This document shows positions 48,401 through 63,400 of a stretch of DNA of 64,000 nt, piece after piece. The position numbers and the translations under genes were made by a program. Source of the DNA: Hemiscyllium ocellatum (Eukaryota); NCBI RefSeq assembly GCF_020745735.1, contig NW_026867498.1:310001-374000 (forward strand), written 5' to 3'. Positions within the stretch are counted from its first letter, which is position 1, and the number at the start of each line of letters is the position of its first letter. Below the pieces are notes generated by a model that was given only the letters and a program-made list of their open reading frames with translations, had not been told where the DNA came from and made no database searches.

Positions 48401-51400
48401 GGTCAGTGTGTCTGAATAATTTATTTCTCACACACCGGGGGCAGTGTGTTTGAATAATCTATTTCTCTCACATGGGGGTCAGTGTTTCTGAATAATTTAT
48501 TACTCACATATGGGGGGGCAGTGTGTCTGAATAATATATTTCTCACACACGGGGACAGTGTGTCTGAATAATTTATTTCTCACACACGGGGGGGGGTCAG
48601 TGTGTCTGAATAATTTATTTCTCACACACGGGGAGGGCAGTGTGTCTGAATAATTTATTTCTCACACACGGGGGGCAGTGTGTCTGAATTATATTTTTCT
48701 CAAACATGGGGGGTCAGTGTGTCTGAATAATTTATTTCTCACACACGGGGGGCAGTGTGTCTGAATTATATTTTTCTCAAACATGGGGGGCAGTGTGTCT
48801 GAATAATTTAGTTCTCACACGGGGAGGCAGTTTGTCTGAATAATTTATTTCTCACACACGAGGGGTCAGTGTGTCTGAATAATTTATTTCTCACACACGG
48901 GAGGGCAGTGTGTCTGAATAATTTATTTCTCATACACGGGGGCCAGTGTGTCTGAATAATTTATTTCTCATACACGGGGTCCAGTGTGTCTGAATAATTT
49001 ATTTCTCATACACCGGGGCCAGTGTGTCTGAATAATTTATTTCTCACACACAGGGCGTCAGTGTGTCTGAATAATTAATTTCTCACACACGGGGGTCAGT
49101 GTGTCTGAATAATTTATTTCTCACTCACGGGGGGTCATTGTGTCTGGATAATTTTTTTATCACACACGGGGGTGCAGGGTGTCTGAGTAATTTATTTCTC
49201 ACACACCGGGGGCAGTGTGTCTGAATAATTTATTTCTCACACACGGGGGGCAGTGTGTCTGAATAATCTATTTCTCACACACGGGGGGCAGTGTGTCTGA
49301 ATAATTTATTTCTCACACACCGGGGGGCAGTGTGTCTGAATAAACTATTTCTCACACACGGGGGCAATGTGTCTGAATAATTTATTACTCACACATGGGG
49401 GGCAGTCTGTCTGAATAATTTATTTCTCGCGCACGGGGGTCAGTGTGTCTGAATAATTTATTTCTCACACACGGTGGGGACAGTGTGTCTGAATAATTTA
49501 TTTCTCACACACGGGGGGGCAGTGTGTCTGAATAATTTATTTCTCACACACGGGGGAAATGTCTGAATAATTTATTTCTCACACAGGGGGGTGCAGTGTG
49601 TCTGAATAATTTATTTCTCACTCATGGGGGGTCAGTGTGTCTGAATAATCTATTTCTCGCACACCCGGGGAGGGGGGCAGTCTGTCGTATAATTTAGTTC
49701 TCACACACGGAGAGGCAGTGTGTCTGAATAATTTATTTCTCACACACCGGGGGCATTGTGTCTGAATAATTTATTTCTCACACACGGGGCGGGCAGTCTG
49801 TCTGAATAATTTATTTCTCACACACGAGGGCAGTGTGTCTGAATAATTTATTTCTCACACTGGGGGGTGCAGTGTGTCTGAATAATTTATTTCTCACTCA
49901 TTGGGGGTCAGTGTGTCTGAATAATCTATTTCTCACACACCCGGGGAGGGGGGCAGTGTGTCTGAATAATTTTTTTCTCACGCACGGGGGTCAGTGTGTC
50001 TGAATCATGTTTTTCTCACACACCGGGGGCAGTGTGTCTGAATAATTTATTTCTCACACACTGGGGGGTCAGTGTGTCTGAATAATGTATTTCTCACACA
50101 CGGGGGGCAGTTTGACTGAATAATTTATTTCTCACACACGGGGGGGTGTCAGTGTGTCTGAATAATTTATTTCTCACACACGGGGGGCAGTTTGACTGAA
50201 TAATTTATTTCTCACACACGGGGGTGTCAGTGTGTCTGAATAATTTATTTCTCACACACGGGGGGCAGTCTGTCTGAATAATTTATTTCTCACACACGAG
50301 GGGCAGTGTGTCTGAATAATTTATTTCACACTCACGTGGGGTCAGTGTGTCTGAATAATTTATTTCTCACACACACGGTGCAGTGTGTCTGAATAATTTA
50401 TTTCTCACACACGGGGGTCACTGTGTCTGAATAATTCTTTTCTCACTCACGGAGGGGTGAGTGTGTCTGAATAATTTATTTCTCACACACAGGGGGCCAG
50501 TGTGTCTGAATAATTTATTTCTCACACACGGGGGAGCAGTGTGTCTGAATAATTTATTTCTCACACACGGGGGGCAGTGTGTCTGAATAATTTATTTCTC
50601 ACACACGGGGACAGTGTGTCTGAATAATTTATTTCTCACACACGGGGGGGGTTCAGTGTGTCTGAATAATTTATTTCTCACACACGGGAGGGCAGTGTGT
50701 CTGAATAATTTATTTCTCACACACGGGGGGCAGTGTGTCTGAATTATATTTTTCTCAAACATGGGGGGTCAGTGTGTCTGAATAATTTATTTCTCACACA
50801 CGGGGGGCAGTGTGTCTGAATTATATTTTTTCTCAAACATGGGGGGCAGTGTGTCTGAATAATTTAGTTCTCACACGGGGAGGCAGTTTGTCTGAATAAT
50901 TTATTTCTCACACACGAGGGGTCAGTGTGTCTGAATAATTTATTTCTCACACACGGGGAGGGCAGTGTGTCTGAATAATTTATTTCTCATACACGGGGGC
51001 CAGTGTGTCTGAATAATTTATTTCTCATACACGGGGTCCAGTGTGTCTGAATAATTTATTTCTCATACACCGGGGCCAGTGTGTCTGAATAATTTATTTC
51101 TCACACACAGGGCGTCAGTGTGTCTGAATAATTAATTTCTCACACACGGGGGTCAGTGTGTCTGAATAATTTATTTCTCACTCACGGGGGGTCATTGTGT
51201 CTGGATAATTTTTTTATCACACACGGGGGTGCAGGGTGTCTGAGTAATTTATTTCTCACACACCGGGGGCAGTGTGTCTGAATAATTTATTTCTCACACA
51301 CGGGGGGCAGTGTGTCTGAATAATCTATTTCTCACACACGGGGGGCAGTGTGTCTGAATAATTTATTTCTCACACACCGGGGGCAGTGTGTCTGAATAAA

Positions 51401-54400
51401 CTATTTCTCACACACGGGGGCAATGTGTCTGAATAATTTATTACTCACACATGGGGGGCAGTCTGTCTGAATAATTTATTTCTCGCGCACGGGGGTCAGT
51501 GTGTCTGAATAATTTATTTCTCACACACGGTGGGGACAGTGTGTCTGAATAATTTATTTCTCACACACGGGGGGGCAGTGTGTCTGAATAATTTATTTCT
51601 CACACACGGGGGAAATGTCTGAATAATTTATTTCTCACACAGGGGGGTGCAGTGTGTCTGAATAATTTATTTCTCACTCATGGGGGGTCAGTGTGTCTGA
51701 ATAATCTATTTCTCGCACACCCGGGGAGGGGGGCAGTCTGTCGTATAATTTAGTTCTCACACACGGAGAGGCAGTGTGTCTGAATAATTTATTTCTCACA
51801 CACCGGGGGGCATTGTGTCTGAATAATTTATTTCTCACACACGGGGCGGGCAGTCTGTCTGAATAATTTATTTCTCACACACGAGGGCAGTGTGTCTGAA
51901 TAATTTATTTCTCACACTGGGGGGTGCAGTGTGTCTGAATAATTTATTTCTCACTCATTGGGGGTCAGTGTGTCTGAATAATCTATTTCTCACACACCCG
52001 GGGAGGGGGGCAGTGTGTCTGAATAATTTTTTTCTCACGCACGGGGGTCAGTGTGTCTGAATCATGTTTTTCTCACACACCGGGGGCAGTGTGTCTGAAT
52101 AATTTATTTCTCACACACTGGGGGGTCAGTGTGTCTGAATAATGTATTTCTCACACACGGGGGGCAGTTTGACTGAATAATTTATTTCTCACACACGGGG
52201 GGGTGTCAGTGTGTCTGAATAATTTATTTCTCACACACGGGGGGCAGTTTGACTGAATAATTTATTTCTCACACACGGGGGGGTGTCAGTGTGTCTGAAT
52301 AATTTATTTCTCACACACGGGGGGCAGTCTGTCTGAATAATTTATTTCTCACACACGAGGGGCAGTGTGTCTGAATAATTTATTTCACACTCACGTGGGG
52401 TCAGTGTGTCTGAATAATTTATTTCTCACACACACGGTGCAGTGTGTCTGAATAATTTATTTCTCACACACGGGGGTCACTGTGTCTGAATAATTCTTTT
52501 CTCACTCACGGAGGGGTGAGTGTGTCTGAATAATTTATTTCTCACACACAGGGGGCCAGTGTGTCTGAATAATTTATTTCTCACACACGGGGGAGCAGTG
52601 TGTCTGAATAATTTATTTCTCACACACGGGGGGCAGTGTGTCTGAATAATTTATTTCTCACACACTTTGGGGCAGTGTGTCTGAACAATCTATTTCTCAC
52701 ACACGGGGGTTGTCAGTGTGTCTGAATAATTTATTTCTCACACATGGGGGCGCAGTGTGTCTGAATAATTTTTTTCTCACACACGGGGGTCAGTGTGTCT
52801 GAATAATTTATTTCTCACACGGGGGGGCAGTGTGTCTGAATAATTTATTTCTCACACACGGTGGGGGCAGTGTGTCTGAATAATGTATTTCTCATACACG
52901 GTGGTGTAGTGTGTCTGAATAATTTGTTTCTCACTCACGAGGGCAGTGTGCCTGAATAATTTATTTCTCACACATGGGGTCAGTGTGTCTGAATAATTTA
53001 TTTCTCACACACGGGGGGGGCAGTGTGCCTGAATAATTTATTTCTCACACACGGGGTCAGTGTGTCTGAATAATTTATTTCTCACACACAAGGGGGCAGT
53101 GTGTCTGAATAATTTATTTCTCACACACGGGGGCAGTGTGTATAAATAATTTATTTCTCACACACGGGGGCCAGTGTGTCTGAATAATTTATTTTTCACA
53201 CACGGGGGGGCAGTGTGTCTGAATAATTTATTTCTTACACATGGGGGGGCAGTCTGTCCGTATAATTTATTTCTCACACACGGGGGGTCAGTGTGTCGGA
53301 ATGATTTATTTCTCACACACGGGAGGGCAGTGTGTCTGAATAATTTTTTTCTCACTCACGGAGGGGCAGTGTGTCTGAATAATTTATTTCTCACACACGG
53401 GGGGGCAGTGTGTCTGAATAATTTTTTTCTCATTCACGGAGGGGCAGTGTGTCTGAATAATTTATTTCTCACACACGGGGGGGCAGTGTGTCTGAATAAT
53501 TTATTTCTCACACACCGGGGGCAGTGTGTCTGAATAATTCTTTTCCCACTCACGGAGGGGTGAGTGTGTCTGAATAATTTATTTCTCACACACGGTGGGG
53601 CAGTGTGTCCGAGTAATTTATTTCACACACACGGGGGGGGCAGTGTGTCTGAATAATTTATTTCTCACACATGGTGGGGCAGTGTGTCTGCATAATTTAT
53701 TTCTCACACACAGTGGGGCAGTGTGTCTGAATAATTTATTTCTCATACACGGGGGGGCAATGTGTCTGAGCAATTTATTTCTCACACATGGGGTGGCAGT
53801 GTGTCTGAATAATTTATTTCTCACACACAGGGGGCAGTGTGACTGAATAATTTATGTCTCACGCACGGGGGGGCAGTGTGTCTGAATAATTTATTTCTCA
53901 CTCATAGGGGGTCAGTGTGTCTGAATAATCTATTTCTCACACAGTGGGGGGGCAGCGTGTCTCAATAATTTATTTCTCACACACCGAAGCGGGGTCAGTG
54001 TGTCTGAATAATTTATTTCTCACACACCGGGGAGGGGGGCAGTGTGTCTGAATAATTTATTTCTCACACACCGGGGGCAGTGTGTCTGAATAATTTATTT
54101 CTCACACACGGGGGCATTGTGTCTGAATAATTTATTTCTCACACACGGGGGGGTCAGTGTGTCTGAATAATTTATTTCTCACACACTGACGGGGGGGCAG
54201 TGTGTCTGAATAATTTATTTTTCACACATGGGGGTCAGTGTGTCTGAATAATTTATTTCTCACACACGGGGGGCAGTGTGTCTGAATAATTTATTTCTCA
54301 CACACGGGGGGTCAGTGTGACTGAATAATTTCTTTCTCACACACGGGGGGCAGTGTGTTTGAATAATCTATTTCTCTCACATGGGGGTCAGTGTTTCTGA

Positions 54401-57400
54401 ATAATTTATTACTCACATATGGGGGGGCAGTGTGTCTGAATAATATATTTCTCACACACGGGGTCAGTGTGTCTGAATAATTTATTTCTCACACACGGGG
54501 AGGGCAGTGTGTCTGAATAATTTATTTCTCACACACAGGGGGCAGTGTGTCTGAATTATATTTTTCTCAAACATGGGGGGTCAGTGTGTCTGAATAATTT
54601 ATTTCTCACACACGGGGGCAGTGTGTCTGAATAATTTAGTTCTCACACGGGGAGGCAGTTTGTCTGAATAATTTATTTCTCACACACGAGGGGTCAGTGT
54701 GTCTGAATAATTTATTTCTCACATACGGGGGGTAGTGTGTCTGAATAATTTATTTCTCACACACTGTGGGGGGGCAGTGTGTCTGAATAATTTATTTCTC
54801 ACACACGGGGGGTGTCAGTGTGTCTGAATAATTTATTTCTCGCACACGAGGGGCAGTGTGACTGAATAATTTATTTCTCACACATGGGGGGCAGTGTGTC
54901 TGAATAATTTATTTCTCACACACAGTGGGGTCAGTGTGACTGAATAATTTATTTCTCACACAAGGGGTCAATGTGTCTGAATAATTTATTTCGCACACAA
55001 GGGGGCAGTGTGTCTGAATAATTTATTTCTCACACACAGGGGTCAGTGTGTCTGAATAATTTATTTCTCACACACGGTGGGGCAGTGTGTCTGAATAATT
55101 TATTTCTCACACACCGGGCGGGGGGGGGTGGCAGTCTGTCTGAATAATTTATTTCTCACACATGGGGGTGGCAGTGTGTCTGAATAATTTATTTCTCACA
55201 CACAGGGGGCAGTGTGACTGAATAATTTATGTCTCACGCACGGGGGGCAGTGTGTCTGAATAATTTATTTCTCACTCATAGGGGGTCAGTGTGTCTGAAT
55301 AATCTATTTCTCACACAGTGGGGGGGCAGTGTGTCTCAATAATTTATTTCTCACACACCGAAGGGGGGTCAGTGTGTCTGAATAATTTATTTCTCACACA
55401 CCGGGGGAGGGGGGCAGTGTGTCTGAATAATTTATTTCTCACACACCGGGGGTAGTGTGTCTGAATAATTTATTTCTCACACACGGGGGCATTGTGTCTG
55501 AATAATTTATTTCTCACACACAGGGGTGTCAGTGTGTCTGAATAATTTATTTCTCACACACTGACGGGGGGGCAGTGTGTCTGAATAATTTATTTTTCAC
55601 ACATGGGGGTCAGTGTGTCTGAATAATTTATTTCTCAAACACGGGGGGCACTGTGTCTGAATAATTTATTTCTCACTCACGGGGGGCAGTGTGTCTGAAT
55701 AATTTATTTCTCACACACGGGGGGCACTGTGTCTGAATAATTTATTTCTCACACACGGGGGGTCAGTGTGTCTGAATAATTGATTTCTCTCACACGGGGG
55801 GAGCGGGGCAGTGTGTCTGAATAATTTATTTCTCACACACGGGGGTCAGTGTGACTGAATAATTTCTTTCTCACACACGGGGGGCAGTGTATCTGAATAA
55901 TTTATTTCTCACACACGGGGGGTCAGTGTGTCTGAATAATTTATTTCTCACACACCGGGGGCAGTGTTTCTGAATAATTTATTACTCACATATGGGGGGG
56001 CAGTGTGTCTGAATAATATATTTCTCACACACGGGGACAGTGTGTCTGAATAATTTATTTCTCACACACGGGGGGGGTTCAGTGTGTCTGAATAATTTAT
56101 TTCTCACACACGGGGAGGGCAGTGTGTCTGAATAATTTATTTCTCACACACCGGGGCAGTGTGTCTGAATAATTTATTTCTCACACACGGGGGCATTGTG
56201 TCTGAATAATTTATTTCTCACACACGGGGGGGTCAGTGTGTCTGAATAATTTATTTCTCACACACTGACGGGGGGGCAGTGTGTCTGAATAATTTATTTT
56301 TCACACATGGGGGTCAGTGTGTCTGAATTATATTTTTCTCAAACATGGGGGGCAGTGTGTCTGAATAATTTAGTTCTCACACGGGGAGGCAGTTTGTCTG
56401 AATAATTTATTTCTCACACACGAGGGGTCAGTGTGTCTGAATAATTTATTTCTCACACACGGGGAGGGCAGTGTGTCTGAATAATTTATTTCTCATACAC
56501 GGGGGCCAGTGTGTCTGAATAATTTATTTCTCATACACGGGGTCCAGTGTGTCTGAATAATTTATTTCTCATACACCGGGGCCAGTGTGTCTGAATAATT
56601 TATTTCTCACACACAGGGCGTCAGTGTGTCTGAATAATTAATTTCTCACACACGGGGGTCAGTGTGTCTGAATAATTTATTTCTCACTCACGGGGGGTCA
56701 TTGTGTCTGAATAATTTATTTCTCACACACGGGGGTGCAGTGTGTCTGAATAATTTATTTCTCACACACAGCGGGGGCAGTGTGTCTGAATAATTTATTT
56801 CTCACACACGGGGGGCAGGGTGTCTGAGTAATTTATTTCTCACACACCGGGGGCAGTGTGTCTGAATAATTTATTTCTCACACACCGGGGCAGTGTGTCT
56901 GAATAATCTATTTCTCACACACGGGGGGCAGTGTGTCTGAATAATTTATTTCTCACACACCGGGGGCAGTGTGTCTGAATAATCTATTTCTCACACACGG
57001 GGGGGCAGTGTGTCTGAATAATTTATTACTCACACACGGGGGCAATGTGTCTGAATAATTTATTACTCACACATGGGGGGCAGTCTGTCTGAATAATTTA
57101 TTTCTCGCGCACGGGGGTCAGTGTGTCTGAATAATTTATTTCTCACACACGGGGGGGACAGTGTGTCTGAATAATTTATTTCTCACACACGGCGGGGCAG
57201 TGTGTCTGAATAATTTATTTCTCACACACGGTGGGGGCAGTGTGTATAAATAATTTATTTCTCACACACGGGGGCCAGTGTGTCTGAATAATTTATTTTT
57301 CACACACGGGGGGGCAGTGTGTCTGAATAATTTATTTCTTACACATGGGGGGGCAGTCTGTCCGAATAATTTATTTCTCACACACGGGGGGTCAGTGTGT

Positions 57401-60400
57401 CGGAATGATTTATTTCTCACACACGGGAGGGCAGTGTGTCTGAATAATTTTTTTCTCACTCACGGAGGGGCAGTGTGTCTGAATAATTTATTTCTCACAC
57501 ACGGGAGGGCAGTGTGTCTGAATAATTTTTTTCTCACTCACGGAGGGGCAGTGTGTCTGAATAATTTATTTCTCACACACGGCGGGGCAGTGTGTCTGAA
57601 TAATTTATTTCTCACACACGGGGGCAGTGTGTCTGAATAATTCTTTTCTCACTCACGGAGGGGTGAGTGTGTCTGAATAATTTATTTCTCACACACGGTG
57701 GGGCAGTGTGTCCGAGTAATTTATTTCACACACACGGGGTGGGGGCAGTGTGTCTGAATAATTTATTTCTCACACACGGGGGGCAGTGTGTCTGAATAAT
57801 TTATTTCTCACACACGGGGGGGCAGTGTGTCTGAATAATTTTTTTCTCACTCACGGAGGTGCAGTGTGTCTGAATAATTTATTTCTCACACACGGGGGGG
57901 CAGTGTGTCTGAATAATTTATTTCTCACACACCGGGGGCATTGTGTCTGAATAATTCTTTTCTCACTCACGGAGGGGTGAGTGTGTCTGAATAATTTATT
58001 TCTCACACACGGTGGGGTAGTGTGTCCGAGTAATTTATTTCACACGCACGGGGGGGCAATGTGTCTGAGTAATTTATTTCTCACACATGGGGGTGGCAGT
58101 GTGTCTGAATAATTTATTTCTCACACACAGGGGGCAGTGTGACTGAATAATTTATGTCTCACGCACGGGGGGGCAGTGTGTCTGAATAATTTATTTCTCA
58201 CTCATAGGGGGTCAGTGTGTCTGAATAATCTATTTCTCACACAGTGGGGGGGCAGTGTGTCTCAATAATTTATTTCTCACACACCGAAGGGGGGTCAGTG
58301 TGTCTGAATAATTTATTTCTCACACACCGGGGAGGGGGGCAGTGTGTCTGAATAATTTATTTCTCACACACCGGGGGCAGTGTGTCTGAATAATTTATTT
58401 CTCACACACGGGGGCATTGTGTCTGAATAATTTATTTCTCACACACGGGGGGGTCAGTGTGTCTGAATAATTTATTTCTCACACACTGACGGGGGGGCAG
58501 TGTGTCTGAATAATTTATTTTTCACACATGGGGGTCAGTGTGTCTGAATAATTTATTTCTCACACACGGGGGGCACTGTGTCTGAATAATTTATTTCTCA
58601 CTCACGGGGGGCAGTGTGTCTGAATAATTTATTTCTCACACACGGGGGGCACTGTGTCTGAATAATTTATTTCTCACACACGGGGGGTCAGTGTGTCTGA
58701 ATAATTGATTTCTCTCACACGGGGGGAGCGGGGCAGTGTGTCTGAATAATTTATTTCTCACACACGGGGGTCAGTGTGACTGAATAATTTCTTTCTCACA
58801 CACGGGGGGCAGTGTATCTGAATAATTTATTTCTCACACACGGGGGCAGTGTGTCTGAATAATTTATTTCTCACACACCGGGGGCAGTGTGTCTGAATAA
58901 TCTATTTCTCACACACGGGGGGCAGTGTGTCTGAATACTTTATTACTCACACACGGGGGCAATGTGTCTGAATAATTTATTACTCACACATGGGGGGCAG
59001 TCTGTCTGAATAATTTATTTCTCGCGCACGGGGGTCAGTGTGTCTGAATAATTTATTTCTCACACACGGGGGGGACAGTGTGTCTGAATAATTTATTTCT
59101 CACACACGGGGGGGCAGTGTGTCTGAATAATTTATTTCTCACACACGGTGGGGGCAGTGTGTCTGAATAATGTATTTCTCATACACGGTGGTGTAGTGTG
59201 TCTGAATAATTTATTTCTCACTCACGAGGGCAGTGTGCCTGAATAATTTATTTCTCACACATGGGGTCAGTGTGTCTGAATAATTTATTTCTCACACACG
59301 GGGGGGCAGTGTGCCTGAATAATTTATTTCTCACACACGGGATCAGTGTGTCTGAATAATTTATTTCTCACACACAAGGGGGCAGTGTGTCTGAATAATT
59401 TATTTCTCACACACGGGGGGCAGTGTGTATAAATAATTTATTTCTCACACACAAGGGGGCAGTGTGTCTGAATAATTTATTTCTCACACACGGGGGGCAG
59501 TGTGTATAAATAATTTATTTTTCACACACGGGGGGGCAGTGTGTCTGAATAATGTATTTCTTACACATGGGGGGGCAGTCTGTCCGAATAATTTATTTCT
59601 CACACACGGGGGGTCAGTGTGTCGGAATGATTTATTTCTCACACATGGGAGGGCAGTGTGTCTGAATAATTTTTTTCTCACTCACGGAGGGGCAGTGTGT
59701 CTGAATAATTTATTTCTCACACACGGGGGGGCAGTGTGTCAGAATAATTTTTTTCTCACTCACGGAGGGGCAGTGTGTCTGAATAATTTATTTCTCACAC
59801 ACGGGGGGGCAGTGTGTCTGAATAATTTATTTCTCATACACCGGGGCCAGTGTGTCTGAATAATTTATTTCTCACACACAGGGCGTCAGTGTGTCTGAAT
59901 AATTAATTTCTCACACACGGGGGTCAGTGTGTCTGAATAATTTATTTCTCACTCACGGGGGGTCATTGTGTCTGAATAATTTATTTCTCACACACGGGGG
60001 TGCAGTGTGTCTGAATAATTTATTTCTCACACACAGCGGGGGCAGTGTGTCTGAATAATTTATTTCTCACACACGGGGGGCAGGGTGTCTGAGTAATTTA
60101 TTTCTCACACACCGGGGGCAGTGTGTCTGAATAATTTATTTCTCACACACGGGGGGCAGTGTGTCTGAATAATCTATTTCTCACACACGGGGGGCAGTGT
60201 GTCTGAATAATTTATTTCTCACACACCGGGGGCAGTGTGTCTGAATAATCTATTTCTCACACACGGGGGGCAGTGTGTCTGAATAATTTATTACTCACAC
60301 ACGGGGGCAATGTGTCTGAATAATTTATTACTCACACATGGGGGGCAGTCTGTCTGAATAATTTATTTCTCGCGCACGGGGGTCAGTGTGTCTGAATAAT

Positions 60401-63400
60401 TTATTTCTCACACACGGGGGGGACAGTGTGTCTGAATAATTTATTTCTCACACACGGCGGGGCAGTGTGTCTGAATAATTTATTTCTCACACACGGTGGG
60501 GGCAGTGTGTATAAATAATTTATTTCTCACACACGGGGGCCAGTGTGTCTGAATAATTTATTTTTCACACACGGGGGGCAGTGTGTCTGAATAATGTATT
60601 TCTTACACATGGGGGGGCAGTCTGTCCGAATAATTTATTTCTCACACACGGGGGGTCAGTGTGTCGGAATGATTTATTTCTCACACACGGGAGGGCAGTG
60701 TGTCTGAATAATTTTTTTCTCACTCACGGAGGGGCAGTGTGTCTGAATAATTTATTTCTCACACACGGGAGGGCAGTGTGTCTGAATAATTTTTTTCTCA
60801 CTCACGGAGGGGCAGTGTGTCTGAATAATTTATTTCTCACACACGGGGGGGCAGTGTGTCTGAATAATTTATTTCTCACACACCGGGGCAGTGTGTCTGA
60901 ATAATTCTTTTCTCACTCACGGAGGGGTGAGTGTGTCTGAATAATTTATTTCTCACACACGGTGGGGCAGTGTGTCCGAGTAATTTATTTCACACACACG
61001 GGGGGGGGCAGTGTGTCTGAATAATTTATTTCTCACACACGGGGGGCAGTGTGTCTGAATAATTTATTTCTCACACACCGGGGGCAGTGTGTCTGAATAA
61101 TTCTTTTCTCACTCACGGAGGGGTGAGTGTGTCTGAATAATTTATTTCTCACACACGGTGGGGCAGTGTGTCCGAGTAATTTATTTCACACACACGGGGG
61201 GGGTCAGTGTGTCTGAATAATTTATTTCTCACACACAAGGGGGCTGTGTGTCTGAATAATTTATTTCTCACACACGGGGGCAGTGTGTATAAATAATTTA
61301 TTTCTCACACACGGGGGCCAGTGTGTCTGAATAATTTATTTTTCACACACGGGGGGGCAGTGTGTCTGAATAATGTATTTCTTACACATGGGGGGGCAGT
61401 CTGTCCGAATAATTTATTTCTCACACACGGGGGGTCAGTGTGTCGGAATGATTTATTTCTCACACACGGGAGGGCAGTGTGTCTGAATAATTTTTTTCTC
61501 ACTCACGGAGGGGCAGTGTGTCTGAATAATTTATTTCTCACACACGGGGGGGCAGTGTGTCTGAATAATTTTTTTCTCACTCACGGAGGGGCAGTGTGTC
61601 TGAATAATTTATTTCTCACACACGGGGGGGCAGTGTGTCTGAATAATTATTTCTCACACACCGGGGGCAGTGTGTCTGAATAATTCTTTTCTCACTCACG
61701 GAGGGGTGAGTGTGTCTGAATAATTTATTTCTCACACACGGTGGGGCAGTGTGTCCGAGTAATTTATTTCACACGCACGGGGGGGGGGGGGCAGTGTGTC
61801 TGAATAATTTATTTCTCACACACAGTGGGGCAGTGTGTCTGAATAATTTATTTCTCATACACGGGGGGGCAATGTGTCTGAGTAATTTATTTCTCACACA
61901 TGGGGGTGGCAGTGTGTCTGAATAATTTATTTCTCACACATGGGGGTGGCAGTGTGACTGAATAATTTATGTCTCACGCACGGGGGGGCAGTGTGTCTGA
62001 ATAATTTATTTCTCACTCATAGGGGGTCAGTGTGTCTGAATAATCTATTTCTCACACAGTGGGGGGGCAGTGTGTCTCAATAATTTATTTCTCACACACC
62101 GAAGGGGGGTCAGTGTGTCTGAATAATTTATTTCTCACACACCGGGGGAGGGGGGCAGTGTGTCTGAATAATTTATTTCTCACACACCGGGGGCAGTGTG
62201 TCTGAATAATTTATTTCTCACACACGGTGGCATTGTGTCTGAATAATTATTTCTCACACACGGGGGGGTCAGTGTGTCTGAATAATTTATTTCTCACACA
62301 CTGACGGGGGGGCAGTGTGTCTGAATAATTTATTTTTCACACATGGGGTCAGTGTGTCTGAATAATTTATTTCTCACACACGGGGGGCACTGTGTCTGAA
62401 TAATTTATTTCTCACTCACGGGGGGCAGTGTGTCTGAATAATTTATATCTCACACACGGGGGGGCAGTGTGTCTGAATAATTTATTTCTCACACACCGGG
62501 GGCAGTGTGTCTGAATAATTCTTTTCCCACTCACGGAGGGGTGAGTGTGTCTGAATAATTTATTTCTCACACACGGTGGGGCAGTGTGTCCGAGTAATTT
62601 ATTTCACACACACGGGGGGGGCAGTGTGTGTGAATAATTTATTTCTCACACATGGTGGGGCAGTGTGTCTGCATAATTTATTTCTCACACACAGTGGGGC
62701 AGTGTGTCTGAATAATTTATTTCTCATACACGGGGGGGCAATGTGTCTGAGCAATTTATTTCTCACACATGGGGGTGGCAGTGTGTCTGAATAATTTATT
62801 TCTCACAAACAGGGGGCAGTGTGACTGAATAATTTATGTCTCACGCACGGGGGGGCAGTGTGTCTGAATAATTTATTTCTCACTCATAGGGGGTCAGTGT
62901 GTCTGAATAATCTATTTCTCACACAGTGGGGGGGCAGCGTGTCTCAATAATTTATTTCTCACACACCGAAGCGGGGTCAGTGTGTCTGAATAATTTATTT
63001 CTCACACACCGGGGGAGGGGGGCAGTGTGTCTGAATAATTTATTTCTCACACACCGGGGGCAGTGTGTCTGAATAATTTATTTCTCACACACGGGGGCAT
63101 TGTGTCTGAATAATTTATTTCTCACACACGGGGGGGTCAGTGTGTCTGAATAATTTATTTCTCACACACTGACGGGGGGGCAGTGTGTCTGAATAATTTA
63201 TTTCTCACACACGGGGGGCAGTGTGTCTGAATAATTTATTTCTCACACACTGACGGGGGGGCAGTGTGTCTGAATAATTTATTTTTCACACATGGGGGTC
63301 AGTGTGTCTGAATAATTTATTTCTCACACACGGGGGGCAGTGTGTCTGAATAATTTATTTCTCACACACGGGGGGTCAGTGTGACTGAATAATTTCTTTC

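Noticed and set aside
39793-62794. ORFs with (CLNNLFLTHGGAV)n or (RNKLFRHTAPPCV)n repeats
   Set aside because: Translation of 39-bp monomers that stay in frame by chance; frequent frameshifts and no splice or start context.
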